Assembly: GCA_030595715.1 (NCBI GenBank)
Contig: JAUVCN010000009.1
Location: 12,035-44,034 of the forward strand
DNA length: 32,000 nt
Origin: Thermoplasmatales archaeon
Lineage (GTDB): Archaea > Thermoplasmatota > Penumbrarchaeia > Penumbrarchaeales > Penumbrarchaeaceae
Direction of reading: 5' to 3'
In this document: positions 18,046 to 26,484 of the stretch, one piece after another
Position numbering within the stretch: position 1 is the stretch's first letter
Layout of the letters: every line of letters starts with the position of its first letter
Translations under genes and position numbers: made by a program
Notes under the pieces: model-generated
The model's database searches: none
What the model saw: the letters and a program-made list of their open reading frames with translations, nothing else
Told to the model about the DNA's origin: nothing

Positions 18046-19190
18046 ACATGAGACGGACCCTTATGATATCGAAAAAATTGTTCTGGTCCCTGAAACATGA
18101 CAGGAGGAGCGTTGCTCTCATCATAATTGCACCGATCATGTCCATGTTGATCTTCGGCCTTGCTTTCAGTGGTGATGTGGAAAATGTCAATGTCATCATC
18201 GTCAACTACGATCAAGGCGGCAATGTCCCCGGGATGAATACAACGATCTCACTTTCGGAACGGGTGATAGACAACATCGATGAAGATACGCTCGTTCTGA
18301 GCTATGGGGATGATATCGATGAAGCCGTGAAAAAGGTTGAGGACGGATCAGCGAATTCTGTTATCATATTCCCCGAGAACTTCACACGGAACCTGCTCTC
18401 ATTTGCTCAGGGGTCTCCTGTGGATGAAGCGGAGACGATCGAGATCAGATCGGACCAGAGCCAGGTCACTCTCTCCCAGGAGGTGATGGCAACGGTATTG
18501 GAAGCCCTGATAGAGACAACGGAATCATCCGGTTTCAGCAATCCCCTGAAGATCGACACATCCGATCCGATATATGGAGAGGGCGCGGAATTCCTGGATA
18601 TGTTCGTACCCGGTATCATGGGATTCATTGTGTTCCTTCTCACGACCATACTTACGCTCATATCCTTCGTGGGAGAGAAGACCGGGGGCACATTGCACAG
18701 ATTGCTGGCAAGCTCGGTAACGGAAGGGGAGATCGTTGTCGGATACGCCATCTCGTTCAGCATCATCGGAATGGCACAGGTTGGAATACTTATGGGAATT
18801 GCCATCCTGGTATTCGATATCATGGTGGTGGGAAACCCCCTTCTCGCTTTCCTAATAGCATCAATACTGGCGGTTGTCAGCGTATCTCTCGGGATACTCC
18901 TCTCCTCCCTGGCAAAAAGGGAATCCCAGGCTATCCAGTTCTATCCATTGATAGTCCTTCCCGGATTCCTTCTCTCGGGTGTTTTCTGGCCCATCGAAGC
19001 GATGCCTCTGTGGCTCAGGCCCGTTTCGTATTTCATTCCGGTGACCTATGCTGTAAATGGACTGAGAGCGGTTCTCCTCAGAGGATGGGGGGTCCTTGAT
19101 ATCTGGTTCGAGCTTATGATGCTGATAATATTTGCGATCGTCTTCCTCCTGCTTGCGATACTATCTCTTCGGAGGACATCCAAAGCCTGA
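18042..19190 (+). CDS. ABC-2-family transporter permease
   Basis: One N-terminal TM, a soluble loop of about 150 aa, then five or six C-terminal TM segments. ATGA overlap with the ATPase gene. This is the typical ABC-2 (NatB/YhaP-like) layout. Confidence 0.75.
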   Translation: MNMRRTLMISKKLFWSLKHDRRSVALIIIAPIMSMLIFGLAFSGDVENVNVIIVNYDQGGNVPGMNTTISLSERVIDNIDEDTLVLSYGDDIDEAVKKVEDGSANSVIIFPENFTRNLLSFAQGSPVDEAETIEIRSDQSQVTLSQEVMATVLEALIETTESSGFSNPLKIDTSDPIYGEGAEFLDMFVPGIMGFIVFLLTTILTLISFVGEKTGGTLHRLLASSVTEGEIVVGYAISFSIIGMAQVGILMGIAILVFDIMVVGNPLLAFLIASILAVVSVSLGILLSSLAKRESQAIQFYPLIVLPGFLLSGVFWPIEAMPLWLRPVSYFIPVTYAVNGLRAVLLRGWGVLDIWFELMMLIIFAIVFLLLAILSLRRTSKA

Positions 19191-19332
19191 GATATGGATT
19201 GACAAGTGGTGTGGTCGATATCGATAAATATTCCCATTTACGTATTGTCCAGACAATATGTTGGGCCGTGCACAACGGTTAAATATTACATCAAATTTGG
19301 TTATAGTTTTATTATATACTCATCAGGTTGAT

Positions 19333-19536
19333 ATGCTGATGTCGAGGATCGTTTCGGGGCAACCCGGAAAGATGCTCGGACCTCTATTAAATGAACCCCA
19401 CAAGAGGATGCCGGACCCAAAACCCTGATCCACTATAGGCGATTATTTCCCCAACCCGAAAAACATAGTCCTCCTTCAGTGGTCCGGCATCCCGCAGGGA
19501 TATACCATGTTCTGCTGTTCAATTCAAGATTTTTTT
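19333..19536 (+). ncRNA. candidate structured RNA, class unknown
   Basis: TATA-like TTTTATTATATA at 19307-19318. A T7 run at 19530-19536. A perfect 11-bp long-range helix GATGCCGGACC (19407-19417) with GGTCCGGCATC (19481-19491). TTTCGGG (19352-19358) can pair with CCCGAAA (19455-19461). No ORF of 60 aa or more. The strand and ends are inferred only from the TATA box and the T-run. Confidence 0.3.
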
Positions 19537-19550
19537 AATAAAAGCAATGT

Positions 19551-19647
19551 TCAGGAGGGATGTCCAGGTTCTAACGGGCATTTACACGTTTGTGTTCGGG
19601 GATATGATCCGCCGCAGTAGCACCTGCCTGGACCTGTTCCCTCCTGA
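19551..19647. other. long imperfect hairpin
   Basis: TCAGGAGGGA (19551-19560) pairs with TCCCTCCTGA (19638-19647). TCCAGG (19563-19568) pairs with CCTGGA (19627-19632). Confidence 0.35.
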
Positions 19648-19960
19648 GTTTATGATAATCATTGGAACTGTTGACATATAAAGTGTATGTTCACATTATC
19701 TATTTCAACAGTATGAATAATATAAATAATCATATTTCCAGATAATATGGCTATAATTATAGTATATTCCGATATATTGTCGACATTCCATCTAAGGTGT
19801 GTCATCTCATGTGCATGTAGGACTTATAAAACAGAACGTGGATGGAAATGGTAGGGAAATGCTTCGTTCCATCCGGATTTCCCTTCATTGGGAAAGAGGA
19901 TCACCCCCCCTCTTTCCCATGAACTTATTATATTGAATATGTGTTTTATTGATGATCACA

Positions 19961-20503
19961 ATGAAGAGAGGAAAAGTATATGCCGGACTTGTTCTGGTAT
20001 CTATCTCCTTTGCTTGCTTCTATATCTCCATGTGGGTCATGAGCCATCCTTTCGGCAGGGAGGATCTCGAGCTCCCGGATGGATCGATAACAGAGATAAC
20101 TTTCATCACAAAGGAGCAGATGGTCTTTGCCGATGTTTTGCTCAGTCTTGGATTGATCCCTCTTCTGGTAGGGATCGGAATATCTATCTACGGTCTGATA
20201 TCAAAAGCCGAGTATAATGAAGAGAAATATGGCCTTCTCGATGGATATGTTTTTTCCCAGGGTGGTGGTGAGTTTGATCCTGAAGAAGGACCAGGGACTG
20301 CCGCTCGTTCCAGAATGGAAATTGAGATAGATATTGAAAAAAGAAAGAAGAAAGGACAATGCAAGACCTGTTGGGGGTCTGGGGAGTGCAACGAGTGTAG
20401 GGGGACCGGTGCTGTGATAACTGGTCTAATGAAAAAGAGTGAATGTGGCCATTGTGCAGGTTCGGGAAAGTGCAGCTCCTGCAAGGGAACAGGCTTTCAA
20501 TAG
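19961..20503 (+). CDS. membrane protein with C-terminal DnaJ-type zinc-finger (4 x CxxCxGxG)
   Basis: Two hydrophobic segments: VYAGLVLVSISFACFYISMWV and VLLSLGLIPLLVGIGISIYGLI. Four motifs: CKTCWGSG, CNECRGTG, CGHCAGSG, CSSCKGTG. The start could be ATG 19961, ATG 19952 or TTG 19949. Confidence 0.7.
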   Translation: MKRGKVYAGLVLVSISFACFYISMWVMSHPFGREDLELPDGSITEITFITKEQMVFADVLLSLGLIPLLVGIGISIYGLISKAEYNEEKYGLLDGYVFSQGGGEFDPEEGPGTAARSRMEIEIDIEKRKKKGQCKTCWGSGECNECRGTGAVITGLMKKSECGHCAGSGKCSSCKGTGFQ

Positions 20504-20899
20504 CGTGGTTCCGAGATCGATCAGTAAAAAGTCAAGGGACCTGCCCGGCTGTCACCACCGGTAAGAAAATGGATCCTTTGGTCCCTTGTTGATATATTCC
20601 CGTCCAGATATTTGTCACGCGGTACACCTGCAGAAAGGTGTACGGTCCTTCCACCTGTCAGTATATTAATAGGAGTACGGCGGAACCATCGAATAATGAT
20701 CAGATCACTTTCCAAACCTCATACATCGGATCATTCTGATAATGAAAGACTTTCGGAGGATATCTAAGGGATCCATCCTCGCATCTTTCAACATCGTGAT
20801 CGTATGCCATGATCTTTCATCTGTTCAACCATCCGATCTGTTCCCCCTGATACATATGATATTTTATCCTTGGAACAGCTTAGGCGGATGAGATGCATA

Positions 20900-21385
20900 T
20901 CAGGTTAATTCCTCATGTTTCTTGAAAGCGATCTTGGATTCATTGTGGATGCCTATCTCACTCATATCTTCATGACTGAGATAGAGATGATCCGGCTTGA
21001 TCCAATCTCCATGGATCCCGTAGACCCTCAATTTCTCATATTGTTCTCCGTTGTATATGTCGATCTCCTGGCCCACGGAGAGTCCCATTCTAGCCATGGT
21101 CTCATCCTTCAAGAGACAATTACCCTCCACCTCGACAATATCATTGTGAACATGCATTCTGGTGGTCCCTCTGTATCTTTCGGCGGTTTTCATATTCACA
21201 TGTTCCAGATATTCACCGATATATTCTCGGATCTCCTTTGTTGTCATACCATTCCTTGCCTTGATCGAATGTACTATGATCTTGGCAATATGGGACTCGA
21301 CACCTGCTCCCTGAAGGGATCTCATTATCTTTCCCTTTCTGAAGGTTTCCCTCTTTCCATTTCTTTTCACAACTTTCATTTTCAT
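20900..21385 (-). CDS. ATP-cone domain protein with an unassigned C-terminal domain of about 70 aa
   Basis: KVVKRNGKRETFRKGKIMRSL...TKEIREYIGEYL...AERYRG fits the ATP-cone. The ATG at 21385 follows AGGAGGA with a 6-nt spacer. The ORF-track start at 21502 adds an implausible extension. Confidence 0.7.
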   Translation of the reverse strand: MKMKVVKRNGKRETFRKGKIMRSLQGAGVESHIAKIIVHSIKARNGMTTKEIREYIGEYLEHVNMKTAERYRGTTRMHVHNDIVEVEGNCLLKDETMARMGLSVGQEIDIYNGEQYEKLRVYGIHGDWIKPDHLYLSHEDMSEIGIHNESKIAFKKHEELT

Positions 21386-21849
21386 TTGACATCCTCCTAT
21401 CTCGCAAAGCATTCCGTCAGCTTTCCAAAAAGCGCTCACGCTGCAAATGAATATTGGATCCAAACCGAATTGCAGATCGGGTCGATCACACATTTGGTCC
21501 ACTGTCTTCTTGCCAATTTCAATATTGGGATCGATAATATATATACGATATTACAAAACACCGGGTTTCAAACCTTCATTATAAATAGTTTTCTCTGTAA
21601 CCGTTCGGTAATCCCGATCGATAGCTCCCTATTCATGAGTACGCTGCTTATAATAATGAATTTTGAAATAGTACATATGAGCGGAGGTCCTTACCCTATG
21701 ACGGCACGAACGGCCCAATATCTCAAGGACCTTTCCTGAAACCGATGATCCTCCGCTCACCAACAGATTACATAATGCTGTTTGCCCCTTCCATTGATCA
21801 GAGGACCGGTCCATGAACATTATCCTCGACTTCGAACATTACAATTCGA

Positions 21850-22728
21850 TCAATTATCACTTTCTTTGAGCAGTGGGTGAGCTTCATTACTGTCGAAAAA
21901 GTCCATCAGGGAATAGATGTCCATGGTACCATCTTCCGTTACAAGTCCATCCATCAATCCCATCGAGGTAAGATCGAAGTAATAGTTCAATACCTTCAGG
22001 TTCGATTTGCCCTTGTATATCTCGGTTGCATTCCTGTGATCCTTGTAATAGGGTCTGACTCCCAGTGGCAGGATCTTATCGGTCCCAGCCAGGACATACA
22101 GGTCCTTTTTAAGGGCCCGTGATACCTGTGCGATCCCCTTGGTCCCTATCTTGTTGACCAGTCCCTGTATCGAGATGGAATCGGCCCCCAGGAGGACCAT
22201 GTCCGCTCCTTCGATCTCCTGGAATATTGCCGAATCAACAACGAGGGTCGTGTCGATGCCCATAGAAAAAAGTTCTTCTGCCAACCTTGTCCCTTCATTA
22301 TTCGGTCTGGATTCGGAACAGATGACACGGGGTTCGAGGCCCTTTTCATGTGCCCTGATAATGGTCCTCTTCACCGTCAGACCCGATGAATGTGTGACAA
22401 TGATATCCGATCCCTTGAAAAGAGGTATGGAATTCTCTGCTATCTTATCGATCGATGTTGTGAGGTGTTCCAGGTAATGGTCGATCATATCCGGGACATT
22501 TCCTCCTTCATCGACAGTGAACAGGACCTGGTTCACCAGGTTGACGACAGTTGCCATTGATCCCTGCGCTTCCAACAGGGCCAATGCCATCTCCTGTATC
22601 CTCTCCGGTTTTGCCTCTGCATTGTAATGGAAGATACGACAGCATTCTCTTGCGATATCAATAGCACCGTGAACGTTATCCTCCCTTATCCGGGATACCT
22701 TTTTCATCAAACCAGGAGGCAGTACCAT
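21850..22728 (-). CDS. eIF-2B alpha/beta/delta-family protein (possible ribose-1,5-bisphosphate or MTR-1-P isomerase type)
   Basis: IVTHSSGLTVKRTI, ESRPNNEGTRLAEEL and VLLGADSISIQGLVNKIGT are typical IF-2B family blocks. The ATG follows AGGTG with a 7-nt spacer. Confidence 0.75.
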   Translation of the reverse strand: MVLPPGLMKKVSRIREDNVHGAIDIARECCRIFHYNAEAKPERIQEMALALLEAQGSMATVVNLVNQVLFTVDEGGNVPDMIDHYLEHLTTSIDKIAENSIPLFKGSDIIVTHSSGLTVKRTIIRAHEKGLEPRVICSESRPNNEGTRLAEELFSMGIDTTLVVDSAIFQEIEGADMVLLGADSISIQGLVNKIGTKGIAQVSRALKKDLYVLAGTDKILPLGVRPYYKDHRNATEIYKGKSNLKVLNYYFDLTSMGLMDGLVTEDGTMDIYSLMDFFDSNEAHPLLKESDN

Positions 22729-22811
22729 ATTTCACACCTTTCCTTACAATGCAAATCAAGCACTTACATTTTCGGTAATAATAATATCTCCCTCGGTATG
22801 TATGATGTATC

Positions 22812-23300
22812 ATGGTAGGCCTGAGAAAAGCAATGTTCGGCGCGGGATGTTTTTGGGGCGTTCAATCATCTTTTGATGGAGTTGAAGGCGTGGTAATGAC
22901 AACTGCAGGTTATTCTGATGGTCATACCAGGGACCCAACCTATGATGAGGTCTGCACCGATTCGACCGGCCATGCAGAGGTGGTCCTGATGGAATTCGAT
23001 CCAGCATTGGTATCTTACAGGGACCTTCTGATCCATCTGTTCTCCATCCACGATCCTACAACGCCCGATAGACAGGGAGTCGACCTTGGATCCCAGTATC
23101 GATCATCGATAATGTATTTCAATGATGAGCAGAAAGAAGAGGCTGTGAGGGTCATTTCGGAGCTTGATGCATCGGGAAATTACAGCAGCCCGATAGTTAC
23201 CGGGGTAGTTCCCGCGGGTGATTTCTATCCAGCAGAGGAATATCATCAGAAATACAATGAGAAACACGGTATCGCCGGATGTGGGATCCAACTCGGATGA
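22812..23300 (+). CDS. msrA: peptide-methionine (S)-S-oxide reductase MsrA
   Basis: Active-site GCFWGV, then GYSDGHT..PTYDEVCTDSTGHAEVV and AEEYHQKY. Confidence 0.9.
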   Translation: MVGLRKAMFGAGCFWGVQSSFDGVEGVVMTTAGYSDGHTRDPTYDEVCTDSTGHAEVVLMEFDPALVSYRDLLIHLFSIHDPTTPDRQGVDLGSQYRSSIMYFNDEQKEEAVRVISELDASGNYSSPIVTGVVPAGDFYPAEEYHQKYNEKHGIAGCGIQLG

Positions 23301-23310
23301 TCCATGATTT

Positions 23311-24345
23311 TCATGTCTGCAGATCCAAGGTTACATTCTCCTCGACCAGTTTCTGGATCAATTCGATCTTATCCTTTTCAGTATTCAGGAGCAGGCTTTC
23401 CATATCGTCCACGTGCTTTGCGGTCGTATATGTGTCTCCCTGGACCAGAAGGAGGGGTATGTTCCTTTCATCCGCCCTGGAAATGATATTGGCCGGAGGG
23501 AGGAGGTTATTCGTCAGAACGATACCTGCGGTATCGGATTCCAATGCGCCCAGGATGATATCGCTCCTATCACCGGATGTGATAATGAGCTTTCCATCCC
23601 TCTTGAAGAGCGGGCTCTCTATTGCCCTGCTCCCTGTCATCGCTCCCACGAATATGTTGTTCACATAGTTCGAAAGGCCCCTGTTCCCTGCAATTATCTT
23701 GGCGAACAGGACATTTGAGATATGTTCCATGCTGAAATTGGTGAGGCTCTTCCTGTAGGGGATAATGCCAAGTATGGGGACCCCAAGTTCCCGGATGGCC
23801 TCCTCATTGACCATCATGAAATCTTCGGGATCGTTTACTTTGTTTATGAGTATCCCCTTGAATCTGACATCCTCTGCTTTGAGATGTCCGGTGATGAAAT
23901 GGGCCTCATCAACTATCTTGTCCTGCTCTCCACTTAGAATGAAGATCAATTCCGCGTCAAGTGTTCGTGCCACTGATATTGGATCGAGATGAAGTGAAGA
24001 GCCGTAGGTGAGGTCTCTCCCTCCTTCGATGAACAATATGTCACAATCCTTCTCGATCCTGTCCGCCATGTCATTGAGCTTCTTCGCGATGCTCTCCTTG
24101 TCGTACATGAACTTCAGCTTGGAATGGTCAAACCCAAGGCTCAGGTCCTCTGGACTTTCATTCAATTCGAACAGTTTGCTTATCAGGACGGAATCGTAGT
24201 CCAGGAGTCTCTTTTTCCGGTATAATATCCGCTCTCCAAAGGGTTTCATATATCCGATCCTGCTCTTTTCGCCCTTTCCGAATCCTACTATGAAGCTGGT
24301 CTTTCCAGCTCCTCTTTCCATCGATGCGATGACGATCCTTTTCAT
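23311..24345 (-). CDS. BioD/CobQ-like P-loop plus DRTGG domain protein (equivalent to the N-terminal module of class II phosphotransacetylase)
   Basis: N-terminal IVIASMERGAGKTSF P-loop. DILFIEGG. DRTGG-type block LIITSGDRSDIILGAL. No PTA_PTB catalytic domain. ATGA overlap with the upstream ACS gene. Confidence 0.75.
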   Translation of the reverse strand: MKRIVIASMERGAGKTSFIVGFGKGEKSRIGYMKPFGERILYRKKRLLDYDSVLISKLFELNESPEDLSLGFDHSKLKFMYDKESIAKKLNDMADRIEKDCDILFIEGGRDLTYGSSLHLDPISVARTLDAELIFILSGEQDKIVDEAHFITGHLKAEDVRFKGILINKVNDPEDFMMVNEEAIRELGVPILGIIPYRKSLTNFSMEHISNVLFAKIIAGNRGLSNYVNNIFVGAMTGSRAIESPLFKRDGKLIITSGDRSDIILGALESDTAGIVLTNNLLPPANIISRADERNIPLLLVQGDTYTTAKHVDDMESLLLNTEKDKIELIQKLVEENVTLDLQT

Positions 24346-26471
24346 TCCGAGACCTCCTTTTCCATGGCGATCATGATCCTTATATCCACTACTTTCACAC
24401 CCTTACCTCTCCCGAACACGAAGAGTGGGTTGATCTCGATGTCGGTAATCCTCTTCACTTTCCTTATAAGAGTGCCTACCTTGATCATTACTTCGATCAG
24501 TTCTTCGATATCCTTGCTTTCTTCACCCCTCACTCCCAGCAGTAGAGGGTAGGAACGAACGTCTTTGAGCAGGGAGTATACCTCTTCTCTGTCCATGGGT
24601 AGTGCTCTGAAGGAGACATCCTTCATCACCTCTACATAGATACCCCCGAGACCGAACATCAGTATAGGGCCGAAGGACCTGTCCCTCCTTGCTCCTATTA
24701 TGGTCTCGAGACCCTGTGGGATCATCTCCGCAACCTCTATCCCATCTATCTTTGCATGTGGATCGTAGTTCTTTGCGTTCCGAATGATGAGCTGATACGC
24801 GTCCATCACCTCTTCCTTGTTTTCCAGATCAAGCGCCACTCCTCCAGCATCGCTCTTGTGCAGTATGTCGCGAGATACTATTTTCATCACGATAGGGTAT
24901 CCCATATCTTCCGCTCCATTCACTGCCTCCTCTATACTCCTTGCGACGAAGCTCTTCGGAGTGGGGATGTCGGCTGCATCCAGCATCTCCTTAGCCTCCT
25001 GAGATAGAAGGAAGGCCCTCCCCTCGGAAAGAGCATTGTCCAAGATATTTTCGATCCTTTCCACGTCAATTTCGGATTCTGCAATTTCCATCTCTCTTCT
25101 GGCCTTGTTCTCACTGAATCGGTGAAGCACTCCGAAGCAGGAAACCATCTCATAAACCCCTTTGAATGCAGGGAGGCCATTTTCCTTTAGTTCGTTAACG
25201 CATTCCTCGACCTCCCTTCCCCCGACGAGGGAAAATGCTATTGTTTTCCCTCTGGACATGTACTCGTTGTGGATGAGCGTGATCATCTCCTTGTAAGGCT
25301 CCTTTTTAAAATCCGCTGTCTGGCAGTATAGTGCCATGACACTGCTTATCCGGTTGCTTTCCAGAGCAGCGATCAATGTTTTCTTGTAAACTTCGGCCGA
25401 AGACTGCCCTGTGATGTCGATAGGGTTCTTCGTTGACCCGAAGCTCGGTATCGCACTATGGAAGGTTTCCTTGAGGTATTCAGGCTCATCCATCAGTTCA
25501 ATGTTGTACTTCTCGCAGGCATCCGTTGCAAGGACACCTATTCCTCCGCCATTCGTCACAATAACACAGGAATTACTTTTTGGAAGTGGAGTGTCGGCAA
25601 GGAACTTGATCCAGTTGAATCCCTCATCCAGGCTCTCTGCTCTGAATACACCACACTGCTTCATCACAGAATCGAACACCTCATCTGACCCTGCAAGGGA
25701 GCCGGTATGCGATGCTGCGGCAAGTGCGCCTCTCTTGGACCTTCCGGATTTGATAACAACAACGGGTTTAATCCTGGAGATCTTCTTCAGGGACCCTAGG
25801 AGCGTCTCACCGTTAGTGATCCCTTCGATATATGCCAATATGACCTTTGTGCTATTATCATTTGCAAGATACTCCAACAGGTCGTTCTCGTCCATATCAG
25901 ATTTGTTGCCCAATGAGACTATGGTGGAAAGTCCGATTCCTTCAGTCGCGGTCTTACCGATCATGGCGATACCCAGAGCTCCACTCTGTGTGATGATGGC
26001 AACCTTCCCCTTCTTCACACCCTTGGGTCCGAATGTTGCATTAAGGTCCACTTTCGAGGAGTAAATGCCAAAGATGTTAGGTCCGAGTATCCTCATACGA
26101 TAGCTTTTGGCTGTTTCGACGATCTTCCTTTCGAGTTCCGATTCTCCGACCTCGGAGAACCCCGAGGTGATAATTGTCAGGAAGGATACTCCTTTTTCTC
26201 CACAGCGCCTTACCTCCTCCAGGACGAAGGAGGCCGGAATGGCAATGATTGCCATGTCCACTGAACCTTCAATGTCGGTTATCTGCTGATATGCCTTTAT
26301 TCCGAATATCTCCCCCCCTCTGGGGTTTATTGGGTAAAGTTCTCCTTTGTATCCTCCGGATGTGATATTTTCCATCAGCTTGTATCCTATCTTTCCCTCG
26401 ACATTGCTTGCTCCGATAACTGCCACGGAGCGTGGTTCAAAGAACCTCTTGATATCCGGACCATTTTCCAT
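24342..26471 (-). CDS. ADP-forming acetyl-CoA synthetase (fused alpha-beta acetate--CoA ligase)
   Basis: CoA-binding N-terminus FEPRSVAVIGASNVEGKIGYK, a succinyl-CoA-ligase-like middle region containing AASHTGSLAGS, and a C-terminal ATP-grasp. GGAGAG SD upstream. Confidence 0.85.
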   Translation of the reverse strand: MENGPDIKRFFEPRSVAVIGASNVEGKIGYKLMENITSGGYKGELYPINPRGGEIFGIKAYQQITDIEGSVDMAIIAIPASFVLEEVRRCGEKGVSFLTIITSGFSEVGESELERKIVETAKSYRMRILGPNIFGIYSSKVDLNATFGPKGVKKGKVAIITQSGALGIAMIGKTATEGIGLSTIVSLGNKSDMDENDLLEYLANDNSTKVILAYIEGITNGETLLGSLKKISRIKPVVVIKSGRSKRGALAAASHTGSLAGSDEVFDSVMKQCGVFRAESLDEGFNWIKFLADTPLPKSNSCVIVTNGGGIGVLATDACEKYNIELMDEPEYLKETFHSAIPSFGSTKNPIDITGQSSAEVYKKTLIAALESNRISSVMALYCQTADFKKEPYKEMITLIHNEYMSRGKTIAFSLVGGREVEECVNELKENGLPAFKGVYEMVSCFGVLHRFSENKARREMEIAESEIDVERIENILDNALSEGRAFLLSQEAKEMLDAADIPTPKSFVARSIEEAVNGAEDMGYPIVMKIVSRDILHKSDAGGVALDLENKEEVMDAYQLIIRNAKNYDPHAKIDGIEVAEMIPQGLETIIGARRDRSFGPILMFGLGGIYVEVMKDVSFRALPMDREEVYSLLKDVRSYPLLLGVRGEESKDIEELIEVMIKVGTLIRKVKRITDIEINPLFVFGRGKGVKVVDIRIMIAMEKEVSE

Positions 26472-26484
26472 TTATCATCTCTCC

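Noticed and set aside
19300-19650. RNase P RNA or SRP (7S) RNA
   Set aside because: I found no GGAAAGUCC-type CR-I or ACAGAA-type CR-V motifs on either strand. I also found no helix-8-like GGAA tetraloop with a flanking AGCA motif. The class is therefore left unknown.
20521-20715. 64-aa minus-strand ORF in the convergent gap
   Set aside because: It has no RBS and spans the two stem-loops, and its composition is Arg/Gly/Thr-rich. It is more likely non-coding.
20915-21739. 274-aa plus-strand ORF
   Set aside because: It is antisense to the ATP-cone gene, which has a recognisable domain and a strong RBS. Its product is His/Ser/Phe/Leu-rich with no motif. It is a typical shadow ORF.
25411-26064. 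217-aa plus-strand ORF
   Set aside because: It is antisense within the ADP-forming acetyl-CoA synthetase gene. It is a Ser/Pro-rich shadow ORF.
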